Source: Nibricoccus sp.
GTDB taxonomy: Bacteria; Verrucomicrobiota; Verrucomicrobiia; Opitutales; Opitutaceae
Length of the DNA: 64,000 nucleotides
Reading direction: 5' to 3'
NCBI GenBank assembly: GCA_047602425.1
Contig: JASGHG010000001.1
Span: forward strand, 1,536,001-1,600,000
Shown: in pieces, positions 9,732 through 19,538 of the stretch
How positions within the stretch are numbered: the first letter of the stretch is position 1
Layout: each line of letters starts with the position of its first letter
The notes under the pieces: generated by a model
The model's input: only the letters and a program-made list of their open reading frames with translations
Databases searched by the model: none
What the model was told of the DNA's origin: nothing
Translations under genes and position numbers: made by a program

Positions 9732-9874
9732 GTCCAAAATTTGCAGTCAATAGGTCATGCATTCGCCAGGCAGCAAAGATACTCCCAAGAAAAGTTTGCT
9801 GTGAAGAAGCATTTTGAGTGATTTGCCCGCGTCCGGTTTCTCGAACTCCGACCCATTTCGCCACAACCAGTCCC

Positions 9875-11323
9875 ATGGTTTTCAGCTCACCACTCTTTCT
9901 GTTTTTATTTCTGCCCTTGGTCATGCTGGGTCTGATACTGCCCCGGCTGTGGATGCGCAACCTCTGGTTGCTGGTTTTCAGCCTGATTTTCTACGCGTGG
10001 GGCGAGGTCGCGTTCATCTTCCTCATGCTCGCGTCGACCGTGTTGAATTATTTTCTCGGTCTGTGGGTCGACCGCGAAAACGAACCGGCGCGCCGCAAGT
10101 GGGCCGTGACCATCGCGATCATTCTCAACATCGGCACGCTCGGATTTTTCAAGTACGCGAATTTCTTCGTCGATAACCTCAATGCCCTGCTTTCTCCGCT
10201 CGGTGTGTCGCCCTTCCACATCGAGCCGGTGCGCCTGCCCATCGGCATCTCGTTTTTCACGTTTCACGCTTTGTCGTATGTGATCGACGTCTATCGGCGC
10301 AAATGGGTGAGCGCCAAAAACCCCGCCGATGTCGCACTCTACATTTTCTTTTTTCCGCAACTCATCGCCGGGCCCATTTTGCGCTGGAGCGCGATCGCGC
10401 CACAAATCGCGAAGCGGGTGGTGACACGCGACGGTTTTGCCGATGGCATCCGCCGCTTCGTCGGCGGCCTCGCAAAAAAGATGATCATCGCCAACGCCGT
10501 GGCCGTGCCCGTCGATGCGATCTTTGCCCTGCCGCCTGAGCAATGTTCCGCTTCGCTCGCCTGGCTCGGCGTCGCCTGCTACACACTCCAAATCTACTTC
10601 GATTTCTCCGGCTACTCCGATATGGCGGTTGGCCTTGGCAAGATGTTCGGGTTCCAGTTCCTCGAAAATTTCAATTTCCCATATATCGCGCAATCGGTGA
10701 CGGATTTCTGGCGCCGCTGGCACATTTCGCTTTCCAGCTGGTTTCGCGACTACCTCTACATTCCTATGGGCGGCAACCGTGTTTCGGCAGCGCGCAACTA
10801 CTTCAACCTGCTCACGGTTTTCTTCCTCTGTGGACTCTGGCATGGCGCGAGTTGGACCTTCGTGATTTGGGGTCTGTACAATGGCGCATTTCTCATCATT
10901 GAGCGCCTCGGCGTCGGTGCGGCGGTCGAACGCCTGCCGCGTCCGCTGCGCCATGTTTACCTCATTGCGGTGGTCATGGTCGGCTGGCTCATCTTCCGCG
11001 CCGACAGCGTCGCACACATTCAGTCGATGCTAACCAATCTCGTCGGTCTCAACCATTCGGAAACGACACAACCCCTGGCACGCTATCTCACCAAACAGGT
11101 CACTTTCGCGCTGATTACTGGTGCAATCTTTAGCACGCCGTTTTGGAGCGGATTCAAAACGCTGCTCGTCCGCGTCTGCGGCAAGCTGCCCGAAAAACCG
11201 CAAACTGCATTTGTCCAAGTAGGCGCTTACGCGGAACTGCTGCTCATCGTGCTGTTGCTGGCCGTCTCCAGCGCCTGGATGGCTGGCAACACCTACAATC
11301 CTTTCATCTACTATCGCTTCTGA
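9875..11323 (+). CDS. MBOAT O-acyltransferase, AlgI/PatA-like
   Basis: MVFSSPLFLFLFLP, LPIGISFFTF, FFPQLIAGPI, QIYFDFSGYSDMA, FWRRWHISLSSWFRDYLYIP, GLWHGA, YNPFIYYRF. Confidence 0.93.
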   Translation: MVFSSPLFLFLFLPLVMLGLILPRLWMRNLWLLVFSLIFYAWGEVAFIFLMLASTVLNYFLGLWVDRENEPARRKWAVTIAIILNIGTLGFFKYANFFVDNLNALLSPLGVSPFHIEPVRLPIGISFFTFHALSYVIDVYRRKWVSAKNPADVALYIFFFPQLIAGPILRWSAIAPQIAKRVVTRDGFADGIRRFVGGLAKKMIIANAVAVPVDAIFALPPEQCSASLAWLGVACYTLQIYFDFSGYSDMAVGLGKMFGFQFLENFNFPYIAQSVTDFWRRWHISLSSWFRDYLYIPMGGNRVSAARNYFNLLTVFFLCGLWHGASWTFVIWGLYNGAFLIIERLGVGAAVERLPRPLRHVYLIAVVMVGWLIFRADSVAHIQSMLTNLVGLNHSETTQPLARYLTKQVTFALITGAIFSTPFWSGFKTLLVRVCGKLPEKPQTAFVQVGAYAELLLIVLLLAVSSAWMAGNTYNPFIYYRF

Positions 11324-11325
11324 CC

Positions 11326-12483
11326 ATGAGCACACCAAAAGCCGATCAGATGAAAACCGCCAACACCGTGCTCATCGTGTTGTTCGTGCTCATCGTGTGG
11401 TTGCCCACAATCGATTCGTTCCTGCACATCGATAAGACGCCGCATTTGAATGAAAACCGCGCCATGGCAACGAAGCCCGTTTTCACCGGGATCGCCAACA
11501 CCAAGGACTATCTCTCCAATCTTGAGCTCTACTTTAACGACCATTTTGGTTACCGCCAAGCGCTCGTACGCATGCAGAGCAAATGGAAACGCAAACTTTT
11601 CGGTGAAGCTTCGGTCAGCGAAGCCATGATCGGCACCGATGGCTGGATTTACACGACGGCCAATCGCATGATCGAAAGCTACACCGGCCTCTCGCGCTTC
11701 ACCTCAAAAAATCTCGCCGACTGGCAAACCCTACTCCAAACACGGCGCGCCTGGCTTCAAAAACGCGGCATCGCCTACGTCGTCGTTGTCACTCCCGACA
11801 AACATACGATCTATCCCGAACACTTGCCTGCCTGGCTCAAACCCGCGCCCGGTCCGACCAAGCTCGATCAATGGATCGCGCACTTCCGCGAACATTCCAC
11901 GCTGCAACCGCTCGACCTGCGTCCACTTCTGTTTGAAGCGAAAAAATCCCGTCCTGTTTACATGATGACCGATACGCATTGGAACGGGCTTGGCGCTTTC
12001 CTCTGCTACCAGGCTCTCATTCGCGAAATCTCCAAGCAAGTGCCCGCCGTGCAGCCACTGCCCGACGACGCCTTCACGCTAAAACCAATCTCTGGAGCTA
12101 AAGGCGATCTAGCCGTTCTGCTCGGGCAGGAAAATAATTTCCCCGAATTGCAGGCCAACACCCTGGTGCCCTCGCCCAACCTACCCGTTCTCAAGATTGA
12201 GGAAAGCATGCTCCACGCCGGCAAAAAACACGTCGCCATCACCCGCACGCACAACCCTCAAGGCAACGGCACCGCGATTGTCTTTCGCGACTCGTTCGGC
12301 ATCGCTTGGTTTCCTTTCATTGGCCTGCACTTCCGCGACGTGATCTTCCTTGCTCAACGCGACTTTGATCTCACGCTCATCGAAAAAGAAAAACCCGTCG
12401 TCGTCATCGACCAGATCGTCGAACGCATCGTCAACACCCACGATCCCGTCGAGATGCTGGAGCGCGACGGACTCAAGCAATAA
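11326..12483 (+). CDS. AlgJ/AlgX-like SGNH-type O-acetyltransferase
   Basis: N-terminal anchor, ENRAMA, YFNDHFGYR, GTDGWIY, PDKHTIYPE, DTHWN (DxH) and RDSF. Starts 2 nt after the MBOAT stop. Confidence 0.88.
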   Translation: MSTPKADQMKTANTVLIVLFVLIVWLPTIDSFLHIDKTPHLNENRAMATKPVFTGIANTKDYLSNLELYFNDHFGYRQALVRMQSKWKRKLFGEASVSEAMIGTDGWIYTTANRMIESYTGLSRFTSKNLADWQTLLQTRRAWLQKRGIAYVVVVTPDKHTIYPEHLPAWLKPAPGPTKLDQWIAHFREHSTLQPLDLRPLLFEAKKSRPVYMMTDTHWNGLGAFLCYQALIREISKQVPAVQPLPDDAFTLKPISGAKGDLAVLLGQENNFPELQANTLVPSPNLPVLKIEESMLHAGKKHVAITRTHNPQGNGTAIVFRDSFGIAWFPFIGLHFRDVIFLAQRDFDLTLIEKEKPVVVIDQIVERIVNTHDPVEMLERDGLKQ

Positions 12484-12498
12484 GATCGATCCAGCGAA

Positions 12499-12657
12499 CC
12501 ATTTTACAGAAGGTAACTAAGGAAACAAAGCGTCGCAGGTATTCAGACGCGATAGTTCCAATCTGCGGATTACTCATCCGAATGCACTTCAGGCCACGGA
12601 AGCCTGGCGCCGCACACCGTCAGCTCTTCGTCACCTTCGTTTCCTTCTGTCAAATGG
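12499..12657. repeat. Imperfect 32-bp inverted repeat with 9-nt internal periodicity
   Basis: 12499-12530 CCATTTTACAGAAGGTAACTAAGGAAACAAAG versus the reverse complement of 12626-12657 CCATTTGACAGAAGGAAACGAAGGTGACGAAG: 26/32 identical. Lies between convergent genes. Confidence 0.8.
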
Positions 12658-12670
12658 ATCGATTCAAACG

Positions 12671-13480
12671 CTACGCCAGTGCGGCCATCAACTCATGTGT
12701 TACCGGATTTTTCGTCAGATCGAAACACGCCCCGTCGATTTCCGCTACGGGCATTACCCCAAGCAGCGCGTTGGTGACAAAGACTTCGTCAGCTTCGCGC
12801 AATTGCTGCCACGAAATCGCAATCTGGAGGGCCTTCGCTCCGAGTGAATGCAATACACGATCGCGCGCTATGCCTGGCAAAATCCGGCCGTCGGTCGGCG
12901 GCGTGTAAACCCGGCCGGCTTTCACCATAAAAAGATTCGTCGTGGCCCCTTCGAATATTTCACCAGCAATATCGACAAAAATCGGCTCATCAAAGCCCGT
13001 CTCGATGGCGCGACGTTTCGCCGCAATGTTTTCGAAATAATTCAATGTCTTATGCGCGGCCAGCGCTGGTCGCCCCATCACCGTCTCAACCGTCAGTCTG
13101 AAGCCGCGCGCGTAAGTTTCCTTTGGATACACTCCGGAACGCGCCAGTACGATTTCACCCATGCCACCCGCATCTTGAAACAAGACCAGCTTCAGATTGC
13201 CATCCACGAGATTGTTGGCGGCGATGACATTTCCGCACAGCGTTCGCAACCGCTCCGGATTTCCATCAAAAGCCAGCCCGAGCGCTGCAGCGCTTCTTCG
13301 CAGCCGGGCAACGTGGTCTTCGAAGACCACCGGCCAACCCGCGGCAACCTTGATCGTTTCGAACAATCCGTGGCCGAACATAAAGCCATCTCCAAGCGCC
13401 GAAATCCTTATGGCGGACGTTTCGACAACCACGCCTTGGAAGGCGGCCTGGGGCAAATATCGTACGGCTGGATTATTCAT
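12671..13480 (-). CDS. pabC: Class IV aminotransferase, probable 4-amino-4-deoxychorismate lyase
   Basis: GFMFGHGLFETI, HKTLNY, EGATTN, LPGIAR, ADEVFVTNAL. Last gene of the folate cluster; the pabC role is inferred from context. Confidence 0.82.
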   Translation of the reverse strand: MNNPAVRYLPQAAFQGVVVETSAIRISALGDGFMFGHGLFETIKVAAGWPVVFEDHVARLRRSAAALGLAFDGNPERLRTLCGNVIAANNLVDGNLKLVLFQDAGGMGEIVLARSGVYPKETYARGFRLTVETVMGRPALAAHKTLNYFENIAAKRRAIETGFDEPIFVDIAGEIFEGATTNLFMVKAGRVYTPPTDGRILPGIARDRVLHSLGAKALQIAISWQQLREADEVFVTNALLGVMPVAEIDGACFDLTKNPVTHELMAALA

Positions 13481-13535
13481 GGGGAGCCTGCTTTGCGGCT
13501 CCTACTATGATAAAACCGCTGCCGCAAACAAACCT

Positions 13536-13565
13536 CCTTTTGCGCCTTCTGTGTCTTTTGTGGCC
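13536..13565 (-). repeat. Solo 10-nt-periodic repeat (CACAAAAG type)
   Basis: Reverse complement GGCCACAAAAGACACAGAAGGCGCAAAAGG in the pabB-pabC gap. Confidence 0.6.
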
Positions 13566-13581
13566 ATGCTTCTGCAGCTCC

Positions 13582-14955
13582 TTAGTCCAACAAGGCCGCT
13601 CGCATTGCGGCGCCTTTATCGAGCGTCTCCTGAAATTCAGCCTCGGGATCGGAATCCCAGACAATACCGCCGCCAACGTGGTAATAGGCCCGCCCGTGTG
13701 AACAGATGATCGTGCGAATCGCGATATTGAGGTCGCAGCCTCCGTCAAAGCCGAGATAGCCGACAGCTCCAGTATATACGCCGCGTCGCGTCCGCTCGAG
13801 TTCGTCGATAATTTGCATCGAGCGGATTTTTGGCGCGCCGGTGATTGAACCGCCCGGCAAGGCCGCACGAATGCAGTCCACCGCATCGACGCCGGCACGC
13901 AACTGCCCCGAAACATTGGCCACCAAATGATGCACCGTCGGGTGCGTTTCCACTTTGTACAATTCGTCCACCCGAATCGAACCGGGCGCACAAACGCGGC
14001 CAAGGTCGTTGCGTTCCAAATCGACGATCATGAGCAGCTCCGCCCGGTCTTTAACGCTTTCAACCAGTTCGGTACGCAAACGTGCGTCCTCTTCCGGAGT
14101 TTTTCCACGCGGGCGCGTGCCCTTGATCGGCCGAGTCTCCACGCGTCCGCCGGCCACCCGCAGAAATCGCTCGGGGGAACTACTCACAACCTGGAATGCG
14201 CCGCCGTTTAGGTAACAGGCAAACGGCGCCGGGCTGCGTTGCCGGAGTTTTTGAAACAGCACGTACGGATGACAGGCCAGCGACGCATCGAAACGCTGCG
14301 TGAGGTTCACCTGATAAACATCGCCCGTGGCGATATAATCTTTGATCCGCGCGATAGCTTCCAAGTATTCGGCCTTCGTCATCGACGCTTTGAGGCCGTT
14401 TGACGCTGTTTTCAGCGGCGCCGGCCGCGGTCGGCGTTCAGCCTCGGCGAGTGTCATTTCGAGCCGGCGAAAAATAGTGATCGCAGCGTACTTTGCGACC
14501 GGACAGGCCACGAGAAAAACTCGATGCATCTGGCGATCGAACATGATCACACCGTCGTAAAATCCAAATTCCAGCGCGGGTGTATCCACGTCGTCGCTGG
14601 CCGAACTTCTCACCCGCTCCAAACTTGCGCCGAATTCATACGAAAAATATCCCACCGCCCCGCCGGGAAACGGCACTCCGGGCGTGGCGGCGCAACGGTA
14701 TTTTTCCAACAATTTCTTCAGTTCGCTGAGCGGCTCGCCGCGAAAATCCTCCTCACCGTCTGTACGGCGCAGATTAATCAACCCGTCATTTGCGCCAAAA
14801 GTAAGAAAAGGATCGAAACCGATGAAGGAATATCGTCCCAGCCCGCCCGCTTCGAGCGCGCTGTCGAGGAGGAACGCGCCACGGCGGTCGCACAATCCCG
14901 CAAAAATCTCCTCCGGCGGGCGCGTCCAGGCGATTTCCTTTAGTTCGGCTTTCAC
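13582..14955 (-). CDS. pabB: Aminodeoxychorismate synthase component I
   Basis: GRYSFIG, GGAVGYFSYE, GDVYQVN, SSSPERF, TRPIKGTRPRG, AELLMIVDLERNDL, PGGSITGAPK. GTG start at 14955 preferred because the longer ORF reads through a REP. Confidence 0.92.
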   Translation of the reverse strand: MKAELKEIAWTRPPEEIFAGLCDRRGAFLLDSALEAGGLGRYSFIGFDPFLTFGANDGLINLRRTDGEEDFRGEPLSELKKLLEKYRCAATPGVPFPGGAVGYFSYEFGASLERVRSSASDDVDTPALEFGFYDGVIMFDRQMHRVFLVACPVAKYAAITIFRRLEMTLAEAERRPRPAPLKTASNGLKASMTKAEYLEAIARIKDYIATGDVYQVNLTQRFDASLACHPYVLFQKLRQRSPAPFACYLNGGAFQVVSSSPERFLRVAGGRVETRPIKGTRPRGKTPEEDARLRTELVESVKDRAELLMIVDLERNDLGRVCAPGSIRVDELYKVETHPTVHHLVANVSGQLRAGVDAVDCIRAALPGGSITGAPKIRSMQIIDELERTRRGVYTGAVGYLGFDGGCDLNIAIRTIICSHGRAYYHVGGGIVWDSDPEAEFQETLDKGAAMRAALLD

Positions 14956-14968
14956 GTGGACGAAAAAG

Positions 14969-15052
14969 GTAGGGACGGACTGCCGGGCCGTCCGGTTGTG
15001 CAAGAGCCATGCCTCGGCGACGTAAGCGGACGACCCGGCGGGTCGTCCCTAC
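14969..15052. repeat. Inverted pair of GTAG-type REP elements (REPIN-like)
   Basis: GTAGGGACGGACTGCCGGGCCGTCCG (14969-14994) and the reverse-strand GTAGGGACGACCCGCCGGGTCGTCCG (15027-15052): 22/26 identical, with a compensatory G-C to A-T change in the stem. Confidence 0.88.
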
Positions 15053-15082
15053 CAAGGACGTCTCTTCCGTTCGTTTTCATCA

Positions 15083-15583
15083 TCACCCAGGCAAGATGGT
15101 TAGCGGTCCGAGCTTGATCAGCCCGGATTGGTCAAGGCGGGTGGCGAGTTGTTCGACCGACATTCCCTCCAGTAAAAGTGCCGGCGCGATTTCCGCGAGC
15201 GGCACGAGCACAAACGCCCGCTCTTTCATCCGCGGATGCGGCAGCGTCAAAGAGGAGTCTTCAAGTGCCACGTTTTCATACCAGAGCACATCGAGGTCGA
15301 TGGTGCGCGGCCCCCAACGTTCGGCGCGGACACGGCCGAGTTTTTTTTCAATCGCGAGGCAATGCGCGAGCAATTCGTGCGGCGTTAAAGTGGTGGCTAT
15401 CTCTATGACAAGGTTATAGAAATTCGGCTGGTCGACCACTCCCACCGGCGCGGTTTCGTAGACCGAGGAAATTTTTTCAACTCGCAATCCCGGCTCGCTG
15501 TTCAATGCCCGGACGGCGGCCGACAAATATTCGCGCCGGTCGCCGAGATTCCCACCGAGGGCGAGATAGGCTTTGCTCTTCAC
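15083..15583 (-). CDS. folK: 2-amino-4-hydroxy-6-hydroxymethyldihydropteridine diphosphokinase
   Basis: AYLALGGNLGDR, SSVYETAP, FYNLV, WGPRTIDLDVL, LPHPRMKERAFVL. GTG start overlaps the folB stop. Confidence 0.94.
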   Translation of the reverse strand: MKSKAYLALGGNLGDRREYLSAAVRALNSEPGLRVEKISSVYETAPVGVVDQPNFYNLVIEIATTLTPHELLAHCLAIEKKLGRVRAERWGPRTIDLDVLWYENVALEDSSLTLPHPRMKERAFVLVPLAEIAPALLLEGMSVEQLATRLDQSGLIKLGPLTILPG

Positions 15584-15942
15584 CGCTCCTTGCTGGTTTC
15601 GATCGCCACGTAATCGAGCGCGCCGCCAAGCGGAACGGAGGGCTTGCGAATCACGATTTCGACTTTGGCCACAAGCGGACTCGTCGCGAGCACGCGCTCC
15701 ATAATGTGGTTGGCCAGCGTTTCGAGGAGCTTCACGCGGTCGTTTTCCACGATCTCGCGGCAAAGCGCGTACACTTTCGCGTAGTCGACCGTTGTATTCA
15801 AATCGTCGGTACGCGCCGCCTCGGCAATATCGAGCGTCAGCGTGAGATCGACCAGAAAGCGCTGGCCAAGGGTGTTCTCCTCGGCGTGCGCGCCGTGGTA
15901 ACCAAAGAACACCATGTTTTTGAGATGAATGCGTCCGGTCAT
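15580..15942 (-). CDS. folB: Dihydroneopterin aldolase
   Basis: FFGYHGAHAEENTLGQRFLVD, DDLNTTVDY, KLLETLA, IRKP. Confidence 0.95.
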   Translation of the reverse strand: MTGRIHLKNMVFFGYHGAHAEENTLGQRFLVDLTLTLDIAEAARTDDLNTTVDYAKVYALCREIVENDRVKLLETLANHIMERVLATSPLVAKVEIVIRKPSVPLGGALDYVAIETSKER

Positions 15943-16823
15943 GGTTTTGAAAAAGGGCGAAGCGCGGCGGCGACCCGGGCAGCGCGCAAGTTGGCCTGCA
16001 CATCGTGTACACGGATAAACTCCACACGCTGCCAGACCGCAAGCGCTGTTGTGGTGAGCGTGCCTTCGAGACGCTCAGCGGGTGGCAGATCGAGGATGTT
16101 ACCGATGACTGACTTTCGCGAGGCACCGAGAAGAAGCGGAAGGCCCAGCACATGCAATTCGTCGAGCCGCGCCAGCAATGCCAGATTTTGTTCGTGCGTT
16201 TTTGCGAAGCCGATCCCCGGATCGAGGATAATTTTCTCTCGCGCCACTCCCGCGCGCGCTGCCACCGCTAGCGAACGATCGAAAAATGCCAGCATGTCCG
16301 CAATCGCGTCGAGCTTGGTGGTTTTGTAAGCGGTGTCGTTGTGCATGACAATCAGCGCACAACCCGACTCGGCGGCAACGCCTGCCATTTCCGCACCGTC
16401 CGCACCCTGCAAACCATGAATGTCGTTGAGCACATGCGCTCCCGCCGCCAAAGCCGCGCGCGCCACCGCCGGTTTGTAGGTATCGATTGAGAGGGGCACG
16501 GCCGTCTTGCCCGTAAGCCCTGCGATCACGGGGACCACGCGGGCAATTTCCTCCTCGCTGGAAATTTCGACGTAACCCGGACGCGTGGACTGCCCGCCGA
16601 TGTCGAGCATCGCCGCGCCTTCGGCGACAAGCTTCAAACCGTGGGCAACAGCCGCTTCGGTCGAGGCAAAATGCCCGCCATCAAAAAACGAATCGTCCGT
16701 GATATTCACAATGCCGACCATTTTCGGCACGCCGTCCAACTCCACACTGCGTCCGCGACCCGACAAGCTGCGGCGCACCGTTTCGGCGGGTTTGGCGGCA
16801 GTTGACGTGTCCGGTTTATCCAT
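15939..16823 (-). CDS. folP: Dihydropteroate synthase
   Basis: GIVNITDDSFFDGG, DIGGQSTRPG, SIDT, LDPGIGFAK, GASRKS, RVHDV. Confidence 0.95.
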   Translation of the reverse strand: MDKPDTSTAAKPAETVRRSLSGRGRSVELDGVPKMVGIVNITDDSFFDGGHFASTEAAVAHGLKLVAEGAAMLDIGGQSTRPGYVEISSEEEIARVVPVIAGLTGKTAVPLSIDTYKPAVARAALAAGAHVLNDIHGLQGADGAEMAGVAAESGCALIVMHNDTAYKTTKLDAIADMLAFFDRSLAVAARAGVAREKIILDPGIGFAKTHEQNLALLARLDELHVLGLPLLLGASRKSVIGNILDLPPAERLEGTLTTTALAVWQRVEFIRVHDVQANLRAARVAAALRPFSKP

Positions 16824-16960
16824 GTTGGCCAAGCCTACTCGGCACCGTCGCCCCAAGACAAGGGAGCAAAATTTACAAGAAAGACTGTATGAAGCCGATG
16901 CGGTTTGACGCCGTGCGCTTTAGGGGGCATCGGATTTTATTCCACCACCCATTCCCCGCC

Positions 16961-18235
16961 ATGTTCCTCCGCTACGTACTTGCCTCATTTCTGACTCTGT
17001 TGGCGCTCGCCGCCCGCGCCGCCGATGCCGCGCCGCTGCGGATCGAGATTACCAAATTCGGCGCCGAGGGCGACGACCGCACGGTGAGCACCCAAGCCAT
17101 CCAGCAAACCATCGATCACGTTGCCAAGGCCGGCGGCGGTACCGTCGTCATTCCCGAAGGCGTTTACACCACGGGCGCACTTTTCTTCAAACCCGGCGTT
17201 AATCTCCATCTCGACAGAGACGCGGTGCTCCGCGGTTCCACTTTCATCGAAGACTATCCGAAAACCATGACGCGCATCGAAGGGCACTTCGAGGAATGGC
17301 GTCCCGCGCTGCTCAATTTCAGCAAGGTCGATGGCTTGCGCATCACGGGCGAAGGCATGCTCGACGGCTCCGGCCAGGCATTCTGGCAACTCTTCTGGAA
17401 ACGCCTTGCGGCCGATAACAAAACCAAAAATCTCGATATCGACCGCCCCCGCCTGATGTTTGTCGACAGCTGCACCAATGTCGTAATTTCCGGCATCACG
17501 CTCAAGGATTCCGGCTTCTGGAACATGCACCTTTACCGCTGTCGCGAGGTTTTGGTTGAGAAGGTCACAATCAATTCGCCCATCGGCGCGCCCAGCACCG
17601 ACGGCATCGATATTGACAGTTGCCAGAATGTCACCGTTCGCGGCTGCAGCATTTCCGTCGACGATGATTGCATTGCCATCAAAGGCTCCAAAGGTCCGCT
17701 CGCCCTCGAAGACAAGGACAGCCCGCCCGTCGAACATATCCGCGTCAACGATTGCACCTTCAATCTCGGCCATGGCGTTGTCACCCTCGGGAGCGAAGCC
17801 ACCATCGTACGCGATGTCGTGGTGGAAAACTGCCGCGTCGTCAGCTCGAGTCCAACCCGCACGAACAGTGTCGTACGCCTAAAAATGCGTCCCGACACCC
17901 CGCAAACCTACGAAGACATTCATTTCAACAACATCGTCCTCGAAGGCTACGGCAAGCTGCTCTCGATCGAACCCTGGACACAGTACTTCGACCTCAAAGG
18001 CCATCCACGCCCGAATTCGACCGTGCGCAACATCACCGCGCGCAATATCACCGGATCCTATGAAAGCATCGGCAGCATCAAACCCCACGATCACGTCAAG
18101 GTCAGCGACATCACGCTCGAGAACATCAATCTCAAGCTAAAGAATGACCGCCTGCGCCTCGGCGATGTGGAAAATCTCGTCATCAGAAACGTGATCGTGA
18201 ATGGCAAACCGCTGGCCAACCCGAACGAGAAGTAA
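16961..18235 (+). CDS. Secreted glycoside hydrolase family 28 (polygalacturonase-like)
   Basis: Signal peptide; FGAEGD, STDGID, DDDCIAIK, GHG and RLK motifs of GH28. Confidence 0.92.
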   Translation: MFLRYVLASFLTLLALAARAADAAPLRIEITKFGAEGDDRTVSTQAIQQTIDHVAKAGGGTVVIPEGVYTTGALFFKPGVNLHLDRDAVLRGSTFIEDYPKTMTRIEGHFEEWRPALLNFSKVDGLRITGEGMLDGSGQAFWQLFWKRLAADNKTKNLDIDRPRLMFVDSCTNVVISGITLKDSGFWNMHLYRCREVLVEKVTINSPIGAPSTDGIDIDSCQNVTVRGCSISVDDDCIAIKGSKGPLALEDKDSPPVEHIRVNDCTFNLGHGVVTLGSEATIVRDVVVENCRVVSSSPTRTNSVVRLKMRPDTPQTYEDIHFNNIVLEGYGKLLSIEPWTQYFDLKGHPRPNSTVRNITARNITGSYESIGSIKPHDHVKVSDITLENINLKLKNDRLRLGDVENLVIRNVIVNGKPLANPNEK

Positions 18236-18282
18236 GCGGATAAAATCCCCCGTCCTGGAGCGGCGGACGCCGGCCGGCCGTT

Positions 18283-19476
18283 TTACTCCATCAGGCATTG
18301 CTCCAATTCACGACGCAGTGCCTTCTCGTCCAAGTCCACTCCGATAAAGACCAGTTCCTGCCGACGGTCTCCGGGTGGCTCAATCCAGAGCTTCTCCAGC
18401 GATGCCGGCAAATCCTCGCGCCGCGCCCTGCCGCTTTCGATCATCGCCGCCCACCAATAGCTCGGAAAATCCGTGCGCACCGTACCGCCTGCCACCGACA
18501 AAAAGCCCAGTTCGTCCGGCCGTTCCGCCAGCCAGAAGAAACCTTTCGCGCGCAACAACCCTGGAGTTCCGCGCGCCAGCAATGCCTCAAACTTCGCCTT
18601 TTCGAACGGACGCCTCGCCTGAAAAACCCAGCTGGTGATTCCGTAGCGTTCGGTGTGACGCGGCGTCGCGCTGATCGCCAGCGGTTTGCCACCTTGTTTT
18701 GCGAGCAGGTTTGCGCCTCCACTCGGAATCGCATTGAGCACTTTAACCCAGCGCGCCGCACCCGGCGTCGCAGTCGGGTCAAATCGCACGCGCTCCAACA
18801 AAAACTCACGGGAAATTTGCCCCTGCTCCGCGCGGATCAACTCCGCCCGCTCACTTAAGCCGGCAACAATCGCCTCAATCTGCGCCAATTCTTTTTCTCC
18901 GACCAGATCGCACTTATTGAGAACAATCACGTCAGCGCACTCGACTTGTTCAACCATGAGTTCGAATACCGGCTGCTTCATTTCAGCTGCGGAAGCCGTC
19001 GGTGCCGGCTTCGGTTCATGCTGCACGCGCCACTCCTGCAGGAAATATGCGGCGTCGACCACACTCACCAAAGCCGACAATTGTGCAAAATCGTTCAGGC
19101 TGCGTCCGAATGGATTCTTTTGCGTAAACAGACTAGCGATTCCACGTGGTTCGGCCACGCCTGACGTTTCGACTAAAATATGTTCATAGTCTCCCTCCGC
19201 GGTCAGGCGCGCGATTGTCTCCGCAAGATCGTCGCGGTTGGAGCAACAAACGCAGCCATTCCCCAGCCCAACGATGTCGCTCCCAGGCGTCTGCGTTTTA
19301 ACCAGCGAAGCGTCAATGTTGATCGCCGCCACATCGTTCACCACCGCGGCCCAACGCCGGCCTTCCGCCTGCCGCAGCAGATGATTGAGCAATGTCGTTT
19401 TCCCCGCCCCCAAAAAACCGCACAACACCGTCACCGGAGGCCGGCTTGTGGAGGTTGCATTTTCATTGGCTGACAT
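18283..19476 (-). CDS. CobW/COG0523-family metallochaperone GTPase
   Basis: GFLGAGKTT, GCVCC (CxCC), ETSG, LNKCD, LRAKGFFW, GDRRQELVFIG. Confidence 0.93.
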   Translation of the reverse strand: MSANENATSTSRPPVTVLCGFLGAGKTTLLNHLLRQAEGRRWAAVVNDVAAINIDASLVKTQTPGSDIVGLGNGCVCCSNRDDLAETIARLTAEGDYEHILVETSGVAEPRGIASLFTQKNPFGRSLNDFAQLSALVSVVDAAYFLQEWRVQHEPKPAPTASAAEMKQPVFELMVEQVECADVIVLNKCDLVGEKELAQIEAIVAGLSERAELIRAEQGQISREFLLERVRFDPTATPGAARWVKVLNAIPSGGANLLAKQGGKPLAISATPRHTERYGITSWVFQARRPFEKAKFEALLARGTPGLLRAKGFFWLAERPDELGFLSVAGGTVRTDFPSYWWAAMIESGRARREDLPASLEKLWIEPPGDRRQELVFIGVDLDEKALRRELEQCLME

Positions 19477-19538
19477 GCCTTCAATCAACACCGGTCTCCC
19501 CTCACACCGCAAATCCGTTTTTGGATATGTCTGATGGT

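Noticed and set aside
15083..16153. 356-aa ORF suggesting a long FolK fusion
   Set aside because: The upstream part is an alternative frame over folP and folB. FolK similarity starts at the GTG at 15583.
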